Below the pieces are notes generated by a model, which was not told the DNA's origin, made no database searches, and saw nothing but the letters and a program-made list of their open reading frames with translations. A DNA stretch of 62,910 nt, counting the filler, from Chiloscyllium plagiosum (lineage: Eukaryota): NCBI RefSeq assembly GCF_004010195.1. It is 4 parts of one record of this genome, joined end to end, with 100 filler letters (N's around TTAATTAATTAA, not from the genome) between each part and the next. Parts side by side here need not be neighbours in the genome. Positions count along the whole stretch, not along the records: positions 12,439 to 37,168 come from NC_057711.1; 3 more parts are not named here. One strand, written 5' to 3'. The first letter of the stretch is position 1. The number at the start of each line of letters is the position of its first letter. A program made the translations under genes and the position numbers. Of this stretch, positions 12,339 through 24,714 are shown piece after piece.

Positions 12339-12438
12339 NNNNNNNNNNNNNNNNNNNNNNNNNNNNNNNNNNNNNNNNNNNNTTAATTAATTAANNNNNN
12401 NNNNNNNNNNNNNNNNNNNNNNNNNNNNNNNNNNNNNN
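12339..12438. other. Assembly gap with artificial linker
   Basis: 44 N + TTAATTAATTAA + 44 N, identical to the gaps at 37169 and 50175. Confidence 0.95.
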
Positions 12439-12912
12439 TGTATGGAATGAGCTGCCAGAGGAAGTGGTGGAGACTGGTACAATTGCAACATTTAAGAGGC
12501 ATTTGGATGGGTATATGAATAGGAAGGGTTTGGAGGGATATGGGCCGGGTGCTGGCAGGTGGGACTAGATTGGGTTGGATATCTGGTCATCATGGACGCA
12601 TTGGACCGAAGGGTCTACTATCATGCTCTACATCTCTATGACTCTATGATTGCCAAGCTCAGATGAGGAGATTTTCTTTTCTACCTGAGTGTCGTGAATC
12701 TTTGGAACTCTTCCTGAAGAGTCAGTGGATGTAGAATCTTTGAATATTGTTAAGCCAAGGTGGATAGTTTCCTGGTAAGCAAGGGGATGAAAGGTTGTCA
12801 GGGTAGAGAGGAATTGTGGATTGAGGTTATACTGAGATCTGCCATGATCTTATTAAATGGCAAAGCAGGCTCAACAGACAAATGGCTTACTCCCAGTCCT
12901 TATTGCTATGTT
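12439..12912 (+). mobile_element. Two adjacent CR1 3' tails (young 12439-12648, old ~12659-12912)
   Basis: The young tail ends in ctctatgactctatg like 52678-53062 and 57909-58822. The old tail ends in cccagtccttattgctatg. Confidence 0.8.
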
Positions 12913-13425
12913 TGTAAATACAAAACATACTTTGTCAAGGAGAAAAAGTCTAAGAAACATTAAAATAAACAAATCATTTATGCTGTTGAATGTTTGTGCT
13001 TCCTAAAGAATTAGAAATGTAAAATAGTCATTGCCCTAACACATCTCAAGGAGCAAATTATTTGGAATCACTTGAACATGTGGAAAATTATCAGTGGGAT
13101 TGTATTGCTTTTGTAGTAATTTTGAAACATACTTTACAAAACCCTAAAATTGAGAAGACTAACTCCTGTGAAGTTAAGTATTTCTTATGGACCTTTTCTC
13201 AACTTAAGAATTCTATACAATGTCCAAAAAAAAAGCTTTAAAAATACCTTCGTATTTTAATCTGTTTGAGTTCTACATACATTTTATATTTTTATCGCTT
13301 CTGAAATTAATTGCTGCCATAAATATTAAATTTCATATGAATAAAGATCACATTTTTATCTTAAAATATGCATTTTTGTTTTGAAGGTACAGTATATTCC
13401 ATTCCATTTTCTCACACTATTGCAG

Positions 13426-13559
13426 AGTACAGCAAACCAATGGAATTGCCTACACCAGCCAGCACTGGAAGGTTCCACTGCAGGAAAGGGAATATCCTTG
13501 AGACGGTCCAAGAGGCCATCTTGGAGCACTGTATTGATCTAAGGGATGAGCAAATACTG
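13426..13559 (+). pseudogene. Candidate exon (134 bp, phase 1-0, open)
   Basis: ttctcacactattgcAG acceptor and a weaker GTATCA donor. Encodes YSKPMELPTPASTGRFHCRKGNILETVQEAILEHCIDLRDEQIL. Confidence 0.45.
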
Positions 13560-13930
13560 GTATCAGCAAGTTTCCCATTTTCAAATAATCAACACTTAAA
13601 AGTCACTTCAATTAAGTGTTTAAAACACTAAATGATTACAGACAAGGTGGCAATACTTTTCCTGACTCATGCTTAAACCAAGCTCAATTATCTGTAATCT
13701 CAATCGCAAATGAAAATACTGGTAACTATAGTAGTCTAATAGATGTACTTTTAATTACATAAATGATTGGCCTTAAAATACAAATTGTTGTCTGGTTTGG
13801 TATTTTTACTTAAACTTTCAGTAGCCCAAATCTGAATATAATGTTCACAAGTGAAATTAATTAAGTAGAGCCTGTCTGCCTAACTTAATATGAACTCTTA
13901 CATATGATCCTAAATAATCCAGTTTTAACT

Positions 13931-14220
13931 GGGCGGCATGGTGACACAGTGGTTAGCACTGCTGCCTCACAGCACCAGGGCCCCAGATTCAATCCCAGCC
14001 TCGGGCAACTGTCTGTGTGGAGTTTGCACATTCTCCCTGTGTCTGCGTGGGTTTCCGCTGGGTGCTCCGGTTTCCTCCCACAATCCAAAGATGTGCAGGC
14101 CAGGTAAATTGGCCAAGCTAAATTGCCCATAGTGTTAGGGAAATGGGTCTGGGTGGATTACTCTTCAGAGGGTTGGTTTGGGCCGAAGGGCCTATTTCCA
14201 CTGTAGGGAATCTAATCTAA
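13931..14220 (+). mobile_element. tRNA-derived V-SINE (HE1-like)
   Basis: A-box (tggtgacacagtgg), B-box (gattcaatccc), V-domain gtttgcacattctccctgtgtctgcgtgggtttcc...ctccggtttcctcccaca, CR1-like tail ending aatctaatctaa. Confidence 0.9.
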
Positions 14221-14998
14221 CACTAAATTTATTTCAATTGCTGTTATGAGCACATCCTTGTTGTAGGAAGCACAAATAAGTTTAAAACCATTAGCTTTAC
14301 AGAGACTTGTGTAATTATTTTAATAGTTGGAAGCTAGTGCCATTAATTTGTGACCAGTCAAAGTCACATGCCTATCTTGTAACTTAATATTGACTGACAC
14401 ACAAACTGACTGAGAGGCTACAAGTTGTTTAAATACCAAAATATTCTTTTTTGTTACTACTGAAAAGTATACGGCTGGTTAAATGGTTTTAGAATTGTTT
14501 CATTAGTGAAAAGATTAGTTATAGAAGCTGATAGACATTGAAAAATCACTGCCGGTTTGGACTGATGAAACCTTATTATAGTAAAACCTCTTTGCTGGTC
14601 TGGATTAAGTGATAAAAATGTGCTGGGCTTTATTGTTTACAAGTCTGCTGCCTTGACGTATTTTCCTAATTTGGGTTGATAGCTGAGTATGAATGGGAAA
14701 AACCAAAAAATAATTTTATTTGCAACAAACATTTGCAATCTTGGGAACATTTTCTGTATCCGTATTATCTGATCCTGTAACAACACTTTTCTTGTTTTTA
14801 GAGTTTCTGCCATTCTAAAGGTTTGCAGTGTAGAGAAAAGAGATAGGATTTAGTTACATGTTCTAATAATTGAAGTGAAGTCATGTACTTACTATTTTTA
14901 ATTATTTGACTGCTTCTGAGACCTTAATACATAGAATATTTTCCATTAGTATACATTGTGGAATATCAACTCAAAATGTCTTTTTTTTCTTTCTCTAG

Positions 14999-15118
14999 TA
15001 TACAGCTATATGCTTAATTATGTAGAATTACTTTATCAGACACAATTAGTTTTACATCTGAAGAATTACATTTATACATTGAGCATTTTAAAACAACTGT
15101 TGGAAAAGAAGTGATTAG
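14999..15118 (+). pseudogene. Candidate exon (120 bp, phase 2-2, one stop)
   Basis: Strong ttttttttctttctctAG acceptor and GTAGGA donor. Reads IQLYA*LCRITLSDTISFTSEELHLYIEHFKTTVGKEVI. Confidence 0.4.
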
Positions 15119-15817
15119 GTAGGACTTGAAAAGCTTTATTTATTGCAGAGGCATTTGTAATGAAAGTGAAAAGCTCTCATGAAATCTGTCCAAATCTAGA
15201 GTGAGGTATGGTGAAATGCTGGAATGACTTTATTTGAACTGCAATAGGACATCGTCCCTATGGTTCTTGTCAGTGTACCATCATAACTGAATGGAAGTAA
15301 CTTCACAGATAAAGAAAGAAGGAAAATAAAACTCATGTGAAAGATACTACATAGTGGCAGTAGCAACAGAGAAGTAGCAGTAAGCCATCAGTCCAAATCC
15401 CTTGCCAGACATAATGAAAAGTGTGAGAATATCAAGAGAAAAGTGAAGAAAATTGAACACTGAAAAAATATAATCAGAATTGTGGTGAAACTCTCACCCA
15501 ATATCCACGCACACATGCATTTTGAGCCATATTCGCTGAACAATAATCAAGTTCTGCTCACATAGGCACACTTGCCTCTGAGATCAGCTAACTCTCCAGA
15601 GACAGGGAATCAGACCTTTGAATGTCAAGGTTCTCTAAGACTCAGTTACTCATGCAATAAATGGTTAAGCAATCAGTGAAGCCAATTTTTTTTAAATTAT
15701 CCTCTCGCCCCATGAAGACTAATTAAGCACCTAATCAGACTTTTCTCCAACTCTAATACTATAACTCCTGTCTGTGAATTAGTATTTTACAACCAAAATA
15801 AATCAGAGAAGATGCCT

Positions 15818-16518
15818 TTCCATTTTCTTCTTCCTCCTTCGCCTCCTCATATGCCTCCTCCTACTCCTCCTTTTCATTTCCATCCCGTTTCCCTTCAATG
15901 AAATCCTTCCTTCCTCCCCACCCCTCTACACCTCCTTTGACTTCATCACTGCCACCTCTTCCAACCTTCTTACTCCTATCACTTCATCCCTCCTTTCCCC
16001 CTCTTCTCCTCCTCCTTTTCTCTGTTCCTGCTCCTATTCCCCATCTTCATCCTCCCTTTTCCTCCAATGCTTTCTCATCCTGCCCTCTCATCCTCTTCTT
16101 CCCTCAAAGCACAAAAAGCAGTACAATACAGGAACAAGCCCTTTGGCCCACCAAGCCTGCACCAATACAAGATGCCTTTCTAAATTAAAACCTTTTGACA
16201 CTGTCTGTATCCCTCTCTTCTCTGATTATTCATATATCTGTAAAGATGGGCTCTTAAATGTTGTTTTTGTATCTGGTTCTGCTACCTCCCTCCTCACATG
16301 TCTTACCCCACTCCCATTCCCAAGCTCCCACATCCTCCTCTCTTGTCTTCACGTCTCCTCCCCTCAATTTCTCCCCTCCCTCCTCCCCTCCTTTTCCATC
16401 CCTCTGCTCTAGCACACCACACCCACTACCTTTGTCCTCCCCTCTTCCTCCTCATTTGTCTTCTTATTCCTCATTCCATTCCTCCTCCTATCTCCCTTCC
16501 TCTCTCCCTCCACCACTT
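15818..16518. repeat. CT-rich low-complexity tract interrupted by a CR1 tail fragment (~16105-16290, minus)
   Basis: Polypyrimidine CCT/CTT-rich sequence with an internal aggaacaagccctttggcccaccaagcctg CR1-tail motif. Confidence 0.8.
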
Positions 16519-17069
16519 CATGTTGGGATTCTTAAATAAAGAACTCTAAAGTTAGGCAGGCCCTAATACCACAGACTTACAAAGATGAAGACTTACAAAG
16601 ACATTGTCATTCTAGCCAATAAGCCACTATTGGTCAGTTTGTAAACTCAAGAGAGCTTTTTTGTTCAGATGGTATGAATATCTGGTCAGACTACAGCAAA
16701 TTTGTCTGATTTATATAAATGGAACAGCATATACTATTGTCTAATTACTATTGTCTTCTTATATGGTAAATTTCAAAGATATTGCAGAGATAAGATCAAT
16801 AACTTTTTCGTTAGTGATTATGATTACTTGTCTCTGTCATCTGGAATACTTAAAGTTTGCATCTATTTTCACTAATATTGCTTCCAGTGCAATTGTCCAA
16901 GCTTTGTAAAAGATTGGGAATTTTTAACACAATTATGTTCCTCTCAAAGCCACTTCCATGTGTGTTTTGTATAGATTTTTCCACATTTGTTCTGTATTTG
17001 GTCTGGCTAGATTAAATCTCCCACAAAACCACTGGCCATTTCCCCAGAACAAATTGAGAGTTACAAGTT

Positions 17070-18939
17070 AGTCAGGAAAGACCTAAAGAGAGAGCTAAGA
17101 AGAGCCAGGAGAGGACATGAGAAGTCATTAGCAGGTAAATCAAGGAAAACCCTAAGGCTGTCTTTAGGTATATCAGGAATAAAAGAAAGGCTAGAGTAAG
17201 ATTAGGGCCAATCAAGGACAGTAGTGGGAATTTGTGCATGGAGCCCGAGGAGATAGGTGAAGTGCTAAATGAATACTTTTTGTCAGTATTCACACTGGAA
17301 AGAAACAATATTGTCGAGGAGAGTGCTGAGATACAGGCTATTAGACGAGATGGGATTGAGGTTCACAAGGAGGAGGTGTTAGCAATTTTGGAAAGTGTGA
17401 AAATAGATAAGTCCCCTGGGCCAGATGGGATTTATCATAGGATTCTCTGGGAAGCCAGAGAGGAGATCGCAGAACCTTTGGCTTTGATCTTTATGTCATC
17501 ATTGTCTACAGGAATAGTGCCAGAAGACTGGAGGATAGCAAATGTTGTTCCCTTGTTCAAGAGGGGGAATAGAGACAACCCTGGTAATTATAGACCAGTG
17601 AGCCTTACTTTAGTTATTGGTAAAGTGTTGGAAAAGGTTATAAGAGATAGGATTTATAATCAACTAGAAAGGAATAAGTTGATTACGGATATTCAACAAG
17701 GTTTTGTGAAGAGTAGGTCGTGCCTCACAAACCTTATTGAGTTCTTTGAGAAAGTGACCAAACAGGTGGATGAGGGTAAAGTGGCTGATATGGTGTATAT
17801 GGATTTCAGTAAGGCATTTGATAAGGTTCCCCACGGTAGGCTATTGTACAAAATACGGAGGCATGGAATTGAGAGTGATTTAGCGGTTTGGATCAGAAAT
17901 TAGCTAGCTGAAAGAAGTCAGAGGGTGGTGGTTGATGGGAAATGTTCATCCTGGAGCTCAGTTACTAGTGGGTACAGCAAGGATCTGGTTGGGGCCACTG
18001 CTATTTGTCATTTTTATAAATGACCTGGATGAGGATGTAGAAGAATGGCTTAGTAAATTTGCAGATGACACCAGGGTCGGTGGAATTGTGGATAATGCCA
18101 AAGGATGTTGCACATTACAGAGGGACACAGATAAGCTGCAGAGTTGGGCTGAGAGGTGGCAACTGGAGTTTAATGCAGAAAAGTGTGAGATGATTCACTT
18201 TGGAAGGAGTAACAGTAAAGCAGAGTACTGGGATAGTGGTAAAATTCTTGGTAGTGCAGTTGAACAGAGCGGTCTCACTGTCCATGTACATAGATTCCTG
18301 GAAGTTGCCACCCAGGTTGTTAGGGTTGTTAAGAAGGCATATGGCGTGTTAGCTTTTATTAGTAGAGAGATTGAGTTTCGAAGTCATGAGGTCATGCTGC
18401 AGATATACAAAACTCTGGTGCGGCTGCACTTGGAGTATTGTGTACAGTTCTGGTCACCGCATTATAGGAAGGATGTGAAAGCTTTGGAAAGGGGTCAAAG
18501 GAGATTTACTAGAATGCTGCCTGGTATGGAGGGAAGGTCTTATGAGGAAAGGTTGAGGGACTTGAAGCTGTTTTCATTAGAGAGAAAAAGGTTGAGAGGT
18601 GACTTGATTGAGACACATAAGATAATCAGAGGGTTAGATAGGGTGGACAGTGAGAGCCTTTTTCCTTAGATGGTGATGGATAGCACGAGGGAACATAACT
18701 TTAAATTGAGAGGTGATAGATATAGGACAGATGTCACAAGTAGAGAGTGGTAGAGGTGTGGAATGGCCTGCCTGCAACATAGTAGACTTGCCAACTTTAA
18801 GGGCATTTAAGTGGTCATTGGATAGGCATATGGATGAAAATGGAATAGTGTAGGTTAATGAGCTTCAGATTGGTTTCATATGTCGGCGCCACATCGAGGG
18901 CCGAATGGGCTGTACTGCACTGTAATGTTCTATGTTCTA
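17070..18939 (+). mobile_element. 5'-truncated CR1 LINE (ORF2 reverse transcriptase + 3' UTR)
   Basis: ORFs 17232-17903 and 17932-18669 contain KSPGPDGI, NYRPVSLT, YMDFSKAFDKVPH and SKFADDT. Tail gttctatgttcta. One stop and a frameshift. Confidence 0.95.
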
Positions 18940-19738
18940 AATTGTTACACTAGTCTGAGGAAGGCTCTTCAAATTGTTTTCATTTTCTTGGGCACTAATA
19001 AACAGTTTTTAATATACTTTCATATCAAGAAACTTATATTTTATTCAGAAACTGGCCATTAACAATTATAAAACTATGAAATTGTTCAGCATGATTTTTA
19101 AGGAATTTTCAATGATTTTAAATTGAATTATGGTTTGAAGGAAGGAAGTGAATGTTTTGTAACTAAATTTGTGAGCAGCATAAATATAAAGTGGAAAGGA
19201 AAGTTGCAAGAGGGCTGCAATCAGCTTACAGAGAGATATTGATAGGTTAAGTAAGCAGGCAAAAAGTTGGCAAATTGAGTGTAATGTAGGATGATGTGAA
19301 ATTGTTCAGTTCAGAATGGAGGACAAAAGGACAGTATAAAATGAAAAACAAAATGCAGAAAGCTGCAACATAAAGGGGCTTGGGGTTACTTGTGCATGCA
19401 ACCCAGCAAGCTAGCACACAGGCGCAGCAGGTAATCAAGAAGGCTAATGGAATGTTGACCCTTATTTCAAAGAGGTTGGAGTATAAGAGTGGGCAAGTCT
19501 TACTGGAAGTGTAGAAGGTGCTGGTGAGACGACAGCTGGAGCACTGTGGGCAGTTTTGGTCCCCTTATTTAAGAAAGTCCATCACTTCATTAGAGACAGT
19601 TCAGAGAAAGTTCACTCAGATGATCCCCAGTATAAAAAGATTGTCTTATGAGCAAAGGCCAAACAGAGACACTACTCACTGGACTTTAGAAAAATGAGAG
19701 GTGATCTCATTGAAACATGTAGGATTCTTAAGGGGCTT

Positions 19739-21191
19739 AGAGTCATAAAGTCATTGAGATGTACAGCATGGAAACAGACCCTTCGGTCCAACCTTCCACG
19801 CCGACCAGATATCCCAACCCAATCTAGTCCCACCTGCCAGCACCTGGCCCATATCCCTCTAAACCCTTCCTAATCATATACCCACCCAAATCTCTCTTAA
19901 ATATTGCAATTGTCCCAGCCACCACCACATCTTCTGGCAGCTCATTCCATACATGTACCACCCTCTGCATGAAAAAGTTGCCCCTTAGGTCTCTTTTTTA
20001 TTTCTTTCCCCTCTCACCCTAACCCTGTGTCCTCTCGTTCTGGACTCCCCCACCCCAGGGAAAAGACTTTGTCTATTTATCCTATCCATGCCCCTCAAAA
20101 TTTTGTAAACCTCTATGAGGTCACCCTTCAGCCTCCGACACTCCAGGGAAAACAGCCCCATCCTGTTCAGCCTCTCCCTGTAGCTCAGATCCTCCAACTC
20201 CGGCAACATCCTTGTAAACCTTTTCTGAACCCTTTCAAGTTGCACAACATCTTTCTGATAGGGAGGAGACCAGAATTGCACGCAATATTCCAACAGTGGC
20301 CTAACCAATGTTCTGTACAGCCGCAACATGACCTCCCAACTCCTATACTCAATACTCTGACCAATAGAGGAAAGCATACCAACCGCCTTCTTCACTATCC
20401 TATCTACCTGCGACTTCACTTACAAGGAGCTATGAACCTGCACTCCAAGGTCTCTTTGTTCAGCAACACTCCCTAGAACCTGACCATTAAGTGTAGAAGT
20501 CCTGTTAAGATTTGCTTTCCCAAAATGCAGCACCTCACATTTATCTGAATTAAACTCCATCTGCCACTTCTCAGCCCATTGGTCCATCTGGTCCAGATCC
20601 TGTTGTAATCTGAGGTAACCCTCTTCGCTGTCCACTACACCTCCAATTTTGGTGTCATCTGCAAACTTACTAACTGTACCTCTTATGCTCGCATCCAAAT
20701 CATTTATGTAAATGACAAAAAGTAGAGGATCCAGCACTGATCCTTGTGGCACTCCACTGGTCACAGGCCCCCAGTCTGAAAAACAACCCTCCACCACCAC
20801 CCTCTGTCTTCTACCTTTGAACGAACTCTGTATCCAAATGGCTAGTTCTACCTGTATTCCATGAGATCTAACCTTGCTAATCAGTCTCCCATGGGAAACC
20901 TTGTCGAACACCTTACTGAAGTCCATATAGATCACATCTACTGCTTTGCCCTCATCAATCTTCTTTGTTACTTCTTCAAAAAACTCAATCAAGTTTGTGA
21001 GACATGATTTCCCACGCACAAAACCATGTTGACCATCCCTAATCAGTCCTTGCCTTTCCAAATACATGTACATCCTGTCCCTCAGGAATCCCTCCAACAA
21101 CTTGCCCACCACTAAGGTCAGACTCACCGGTCTATAGTTCCCTGGCTTGTCTTTACTGCCCTTCTTAAACAGTGCCACCACATTTGCCAAC
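19739..21191 (-). mobile_element. Young 5'-truncated CR1 LINE nested in older CR1
   Basis: ORFs 20420-21226 and 19985-20419: [39 protein letters not shown]. One in-frame stop. Confidence 0.95.
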
Positions 21192-21498
21192 CTTGACAGG
21201 ATAAATGCTGAGAGGATGTTTCCCATGGTGAGTATAGGACCAGAGGTATAGTCTCAGAATAAAGCAATGCAAATTTCAGACTGAGATGTGGATAAACTTC
21301 TTCTCTCAGTGTGTTGTGAGGTTTTGGAACTCCTTGCCACAGACAGCTGTGGGGCAGAGTCCTTGTGTATATTTAAGGCCGAGGTAGATAGATTCTTGGT
21401 CAATCGAGGTATCGAGGGTTATTGGGAAAAGGCAGGAGAATGGATGTGAGGAATGTCAGATCAGCCATGATCTTATTGAATAGCGGACCAGGCTGAAG

Positions 21499-22637
21499 GT
21501 GGTGGCAGTGGATTAGGCAGGATCAGGCTCAGCCCAGGGCTTGTGCTTTCTGTCCCATTCTCTTTTGTTTCTCTTTTTTACCTTTTCTGTTTTAAGTTTT
21601 TAGTTTCTTTTTAATCCACATTGACTTGTAAAAAGAGCGGTGGCACTGAGGGCCTAGCATGGAGTGAGCCTAGTGTAGTCAGCAGACTGGAGCAGTACAG
21701 GACAGCCAGTGGTCAGTGGGGCAGAGCAGAATGGAACGGCCAGTGGTCAGCAGACTGGAGCAGTACAGGACAGCCAGTGGTCAGTGGCTGGAGCAGGACA
21801 GGATAGCCAGTGGTCAGTGGGCTGGAGCAGTCCAGGACAGCCAGTGGTCAGTGGGCTGGAGCAGTACAGGACAGCCAGTGGTCAGTGGGCTGGAGCAGAA
21901 CGGAATGGCCAGTGGTCAGTGGGCCAGAGCCGAACAGGATGGCTAGTGGCCAGCAGGCCAGAGCAGAACAGGATGATCAGTGGTCAGCAGGTCAGAGCAG
22001 AATAGGACAGCCAGTGGTCAGTGGGCTGTAGCAGTACAGGATGGCCAGTGGTCAGCAGACAGGAGCAGAATGGAATGGCTAGTGATCAGTGGGCAGGAGC
22101 AGTGCAGGACAGCCAGTGGTCAGTGTTCTGGAGCAGAGTGGGATGGCTAGTGGGCAGCGGGCCGGAGCAGAGTGGAACAGCTAGTGTTCAGCTGCCCAGT
22201 GCGGAGTGGGATGGCCAGTGGTCAATTGGCCCAAACCAAGTAGCGAGACCAGTGGTTACAGGGCCAGAGCAGAGCAGCCAGCGGACTAGGGTCCAGTGCG
22301 GTCAGCCTGTGAGATCTCAGCCTGGCAGTGCATGGAGACCGAGACAACGTGTGGAAAGCCAACAGCATGGAGAGATTTTAGGCTACAGAAGGATTGTAAC
22401 ATCTATCTTTGAACTTCCCAATTTATACTCTAAAGAACTGTAATGTAGAACTTTTAGCTTTACTCTTAATTTCTCTATTTTCGTGCCTTATCTAGTTTAG
22501 TACCTGAGATTTGTACTTAGATACTTTGTACCTAAGATGGCGCCGAGTGCGGCAACATTGTTTACATTTCACTATTCTCAGTACTTTCCTCGTGGGTACA
22601 CGTGACAATGAGCTGAATTCTAACTCTAATTCTAAAT
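21499..22637 (+). mobile_element. Non-autonomous retroelement with internal minisatellite and Rex1/Babar-like 3' tail
   Basis: Inserted into a CR1 tail. Ends tttcactattctc...gtacacgtgacaat followed by short repeats (aattctaactctaattctaa). The tail assignment is from memory. Confidence 0.5.
21650..22300 (+). repeat. 34-bp minisatellite (~19 copies)
   Basis: Unit gctggagcagtacaggacagccagtggtcagtgg with a second variant ...gaacggaatggccagtgg..., degenerating towards both ends. Confidence 0.9.
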
Positions 22638-23283
22638 ATGGCCTATTCCAGTTCCTACTTCTTATGATTTTATGTCTAACTTGGACATCCTTATTGTAAA
22701 TGCATATTTTTAACCAACTTTATTAATGTATCTAACGTGGTTATCAGATTTAAATACATTGAGCAATGCAACACAGTGGAGACAAACAAAAAAGAAACAA
22801 CAATATTCTATTATCTGCCTGAATGAAATGGTTTGTGGAAGATTTTATGTTTGTGATTACCGACATGAATTTTATCTAAATGTCGAACTGTGACCTAACC
22901 CATGCAGTTATCCCCAGTTTAATTCAACAACTCAGAATCTAAGAATCTAACCATCTCTTTTTGTCATTTAATGGAATTACTAACACTGGCCTCCCCTCCA
23001 TTCTAGAAGTTACCATTGACCAGAATTGGACTGGACAAGCCATATAAACACTGTACTCACAGCAAAAGGTTAGATTCTGGAAATTCTGTGGAGAGTAATT
23101 ATATAGTAAAGGGTTAAATATAGATTCTGAGCATGTGCAAAAGCAACTGTGTCATAGAGATGTCATATCATATAGTGCTGGAACTTGAATCTGTACTGCT
23201 GCAGCAGAATGTCTTCTTTTATCATGTCTTGTCAGTAAAGATCTCATCTTATTACGTAGTGTAGATCTCATTTTTTTGTATAG

Positions 23284-23390
23284 TGACAACTGTGACAGCC
23301 CAGCAAACCAGCGACGAGCCAAAATGGAAAATTTGAAAAGTGATCCAGCAGCAGTGCAATGAAGTCGGTGAAGATCTTGAGACCAACACA
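23284..23390 (+). pseudogene. Candidate exon (phase 2 start, 3' end uncertain)
   Basis: tttttttgtatAG acceptor. Reads DNCDSPANQRRAKMENLKSDPAAVQ*SR*RS*DQH (all TGA). A CR1 tail fragment follows at ~23405-23475. Confidence 0.3.
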
Positions 23391-24431
23391 GTCCACAGAC
23401 CAATATATCAAATCAGCCATGATCCTATTGAATGGTGGAGCAGGCTCAAGGGGCCAAATGGCCTAGTCCTGTATTTATTCCTAAATTGGATACCCTTCTT
23501 GTAAATGTGTATTCACATCACAAGTAACATTGTGAGAAGCCACCTATAACTTCGGTTTTGATTAATTCTGCCTTAATCCAATTCCAAGCTTTCCAAATGA
23601 TAACAGCATCCAGATAAGCTGAACAAAAACTGAATCATCTTACAGAGTGCAAAAGCAAAATTTCATTGTGGCAGCAACAAAGGACCTCTGCAGAAAATGC
23701 ACCAAACCATTGTTTTAAAGGTTTCCTGAGATGATGGGGATAAGACCCTGCCTCCAGTGCAGAGAATCATTGTTTCTTTCACAACACTTCCCATTCATTA
23801 CAGAAACACGTATTTAAAAAATCAAGGTGACTGTAAACCAGCACACCCAATGTTTTTCTCTTGGACAAAGTCATAGAAAAGCACAGTCAATACTGGAGTG
23901 CAGCCACTGCTATCAATGGTCACCACACATCTATTAAATTAGGCATTTAGGCTGCAAGTCACTGTTTTGTCAGACAGCTTCAAATGGCTGAGGGAGGTTA
24001 CCCTACCACCTGAGCACATTCACAACACCCTGTAGTATTGAAGCCATCTGTCCTTTGGTATCATGTCACCCTCAATCTTTTTCCAATTTATGATGCTCAA
24101 CAGACATTAGAAGGCATGGAAGGTGCCATATGCCACTTGGGTGGCATTCTTGTCTGAGGATCCGGTTCACTAAAGCCCAATGTGATGAAGTGTTAATTGT
24201 CTTAACTAAGTTACAGGATGATAGATTGTCCCTCAATGATAGCTGTGAATTCTCAGAACCATGAACAAAAATGTACCTATATTGAAAATGGCACCCCATC
24301 CACAGCCCTAGCAAAATGGCATAATGCAAATAGGCTTCAACAGCCAAGATCACTCCCTGTCGAGTACCAAATAGCACAGTCCAAAGGAACAGGAGTGTCC
24401 TGATTTTGCTAATAAAATATAAGTTTTTTTT

Positions 24432-24714
24432 TTAGAATCCATACAGTGTGGAAACAGGCCTTCTGGCCCAACAAGTCCATATCGACCCTGCAAAGAGTAA
24501 CCCACCCAGACCCATTTTTCCTCTGACTAATGCACCTAACACTATGGGCAACTTAGGATGACCAACTTATCTGGCCTGCACATCTTTGGATTGTAGGAGG
24601 AAACCCACACAGACACAGGGAGAATGTACAGACTCCACACAGAGTTGCCCAAGGCTGGAATTGAACCTGGGTCCCTGGTGTTGTGAGGCTGCAGTGCTAA
24701 CCACTGTGCCACCG
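24432..24714 (-). mobile_element. V-SINE (HE1-like)
   Basis: Reverse complement of the 13931-14220 element. Confidence 0.88.

Larger units (their letters stand above)
19160..22670 (+). mobile_element. Old CR1 3' portion split by two nested insertions (pieces ~19160-19738, 21192-21498, ~22638-22670)
   Basis: Sequence reads through aaggggctt|gacaggataaatgct across the first insert and caggctgaagg|atggcctattccagttcct across the second. Confidence 0.75.

Noticed and set aside
12383..12394. TTAATTAATTAA as a biological motif (e.g. piggyBac target)
   Set aside because: Centred identically in three N-runs; an assembly linker.
13931..14000. tRNA gene
   Set aside because: It is the tRNA-derived head of a SINE, with no full cloverleaf and continuing into the V-domain.
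15149..15205. Additional AG/GT-bounded exon candidate
   Set aside because: It would need a 30-bp intron after 15118. It also shows that such patterns arise by chance.
15898..16549. Pro/Ser/Leu-rich ORFs
   Set aside because: By-product of a CT-rich low-complexity tract that lacks stop codons.
21650..22300. CRISPR-like array of 34-bp repeats
   Set aside because: Units are head-to-tail with no unique spacers, there are no cas genes, and the context is vertebrate.
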